Part shown: positions 63,914 to 64,000 of the stretch, one piece after another
Layout: every line of letters starts with the position of its first letter
Numbering within the stretch: the stretch's first letter is position 1
Origin: Tubulanus polymorphus
Lineage: Eukaryota; Animalia; Nemertea
Direction: 5' to 3'
Assembly: GCF_964204645.1 (NCBI RefSeq)
Contig: NC_134035.1
Coordinates: 9,022,451 to 9,086,450, forward strand
Length of the DNA stretch: 64,000 nt
The notes under the pieces: model-generated
The model's database searches: none
Told to the model about the DNA's origin: nothing
Seen by the model: the letters and a program-made list of their open reading frames with translations, nothing else
Translations under genes and position numbers: made by a program

Positions 63914-64000
63914 CTAAATACATGTAGTGAAACGATGAAGATTTCAGACACCGCTATGAAAACACGTTAAATTATCACGCCTTTTTTTTATTCGAATTTC

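Overview
This is gene-dense, AT-rich invertebrate (metazoan) genomic DNA with short GT-AG introns; the species cannot be determined from the sequence. Ten protein-coding loci could be assembled by hand. In order they are: a partial class A GPCR (+), glutaredoxin-2 (+), a ~1,950-aa zinc-ribbon/F-box/LRR protein (-), METTL15 (+), a small six-exon NRIP2/NRIP3-like retropepsin-fold gene nearly invisible in the ORF track (-), TM7SF3 (-), ZNF143/Staf (+), RSPH14 (-), CARS1 (-) and the 3' part of LMF2 (-). Introns are packed with short non-autonomous elements: Harbinger-like, piggyBac-like and CAGGG-ended MITEs, plus two long foldback elements. The most notable signal is a set of palindromic inserts carrying minimal type I hammerhead ribozyme motifs of the Penelope-like-element kind. 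One insert has a 13-bp target-site duplication. In another, the 5' half of the ribozyme has been amplified into a 41-bp tandem array ending in one complete hammerhead. Other highlights are duplicated alternative last exons in the F-box/LRR gene, a D-S-T variant of the catalytic motif in the NRIP3-like gene, and Staf-binding-site-like motifs in front of the ZNF143 gene itself. Exon boundaries were read by eye and need RNA-seq confirmation.
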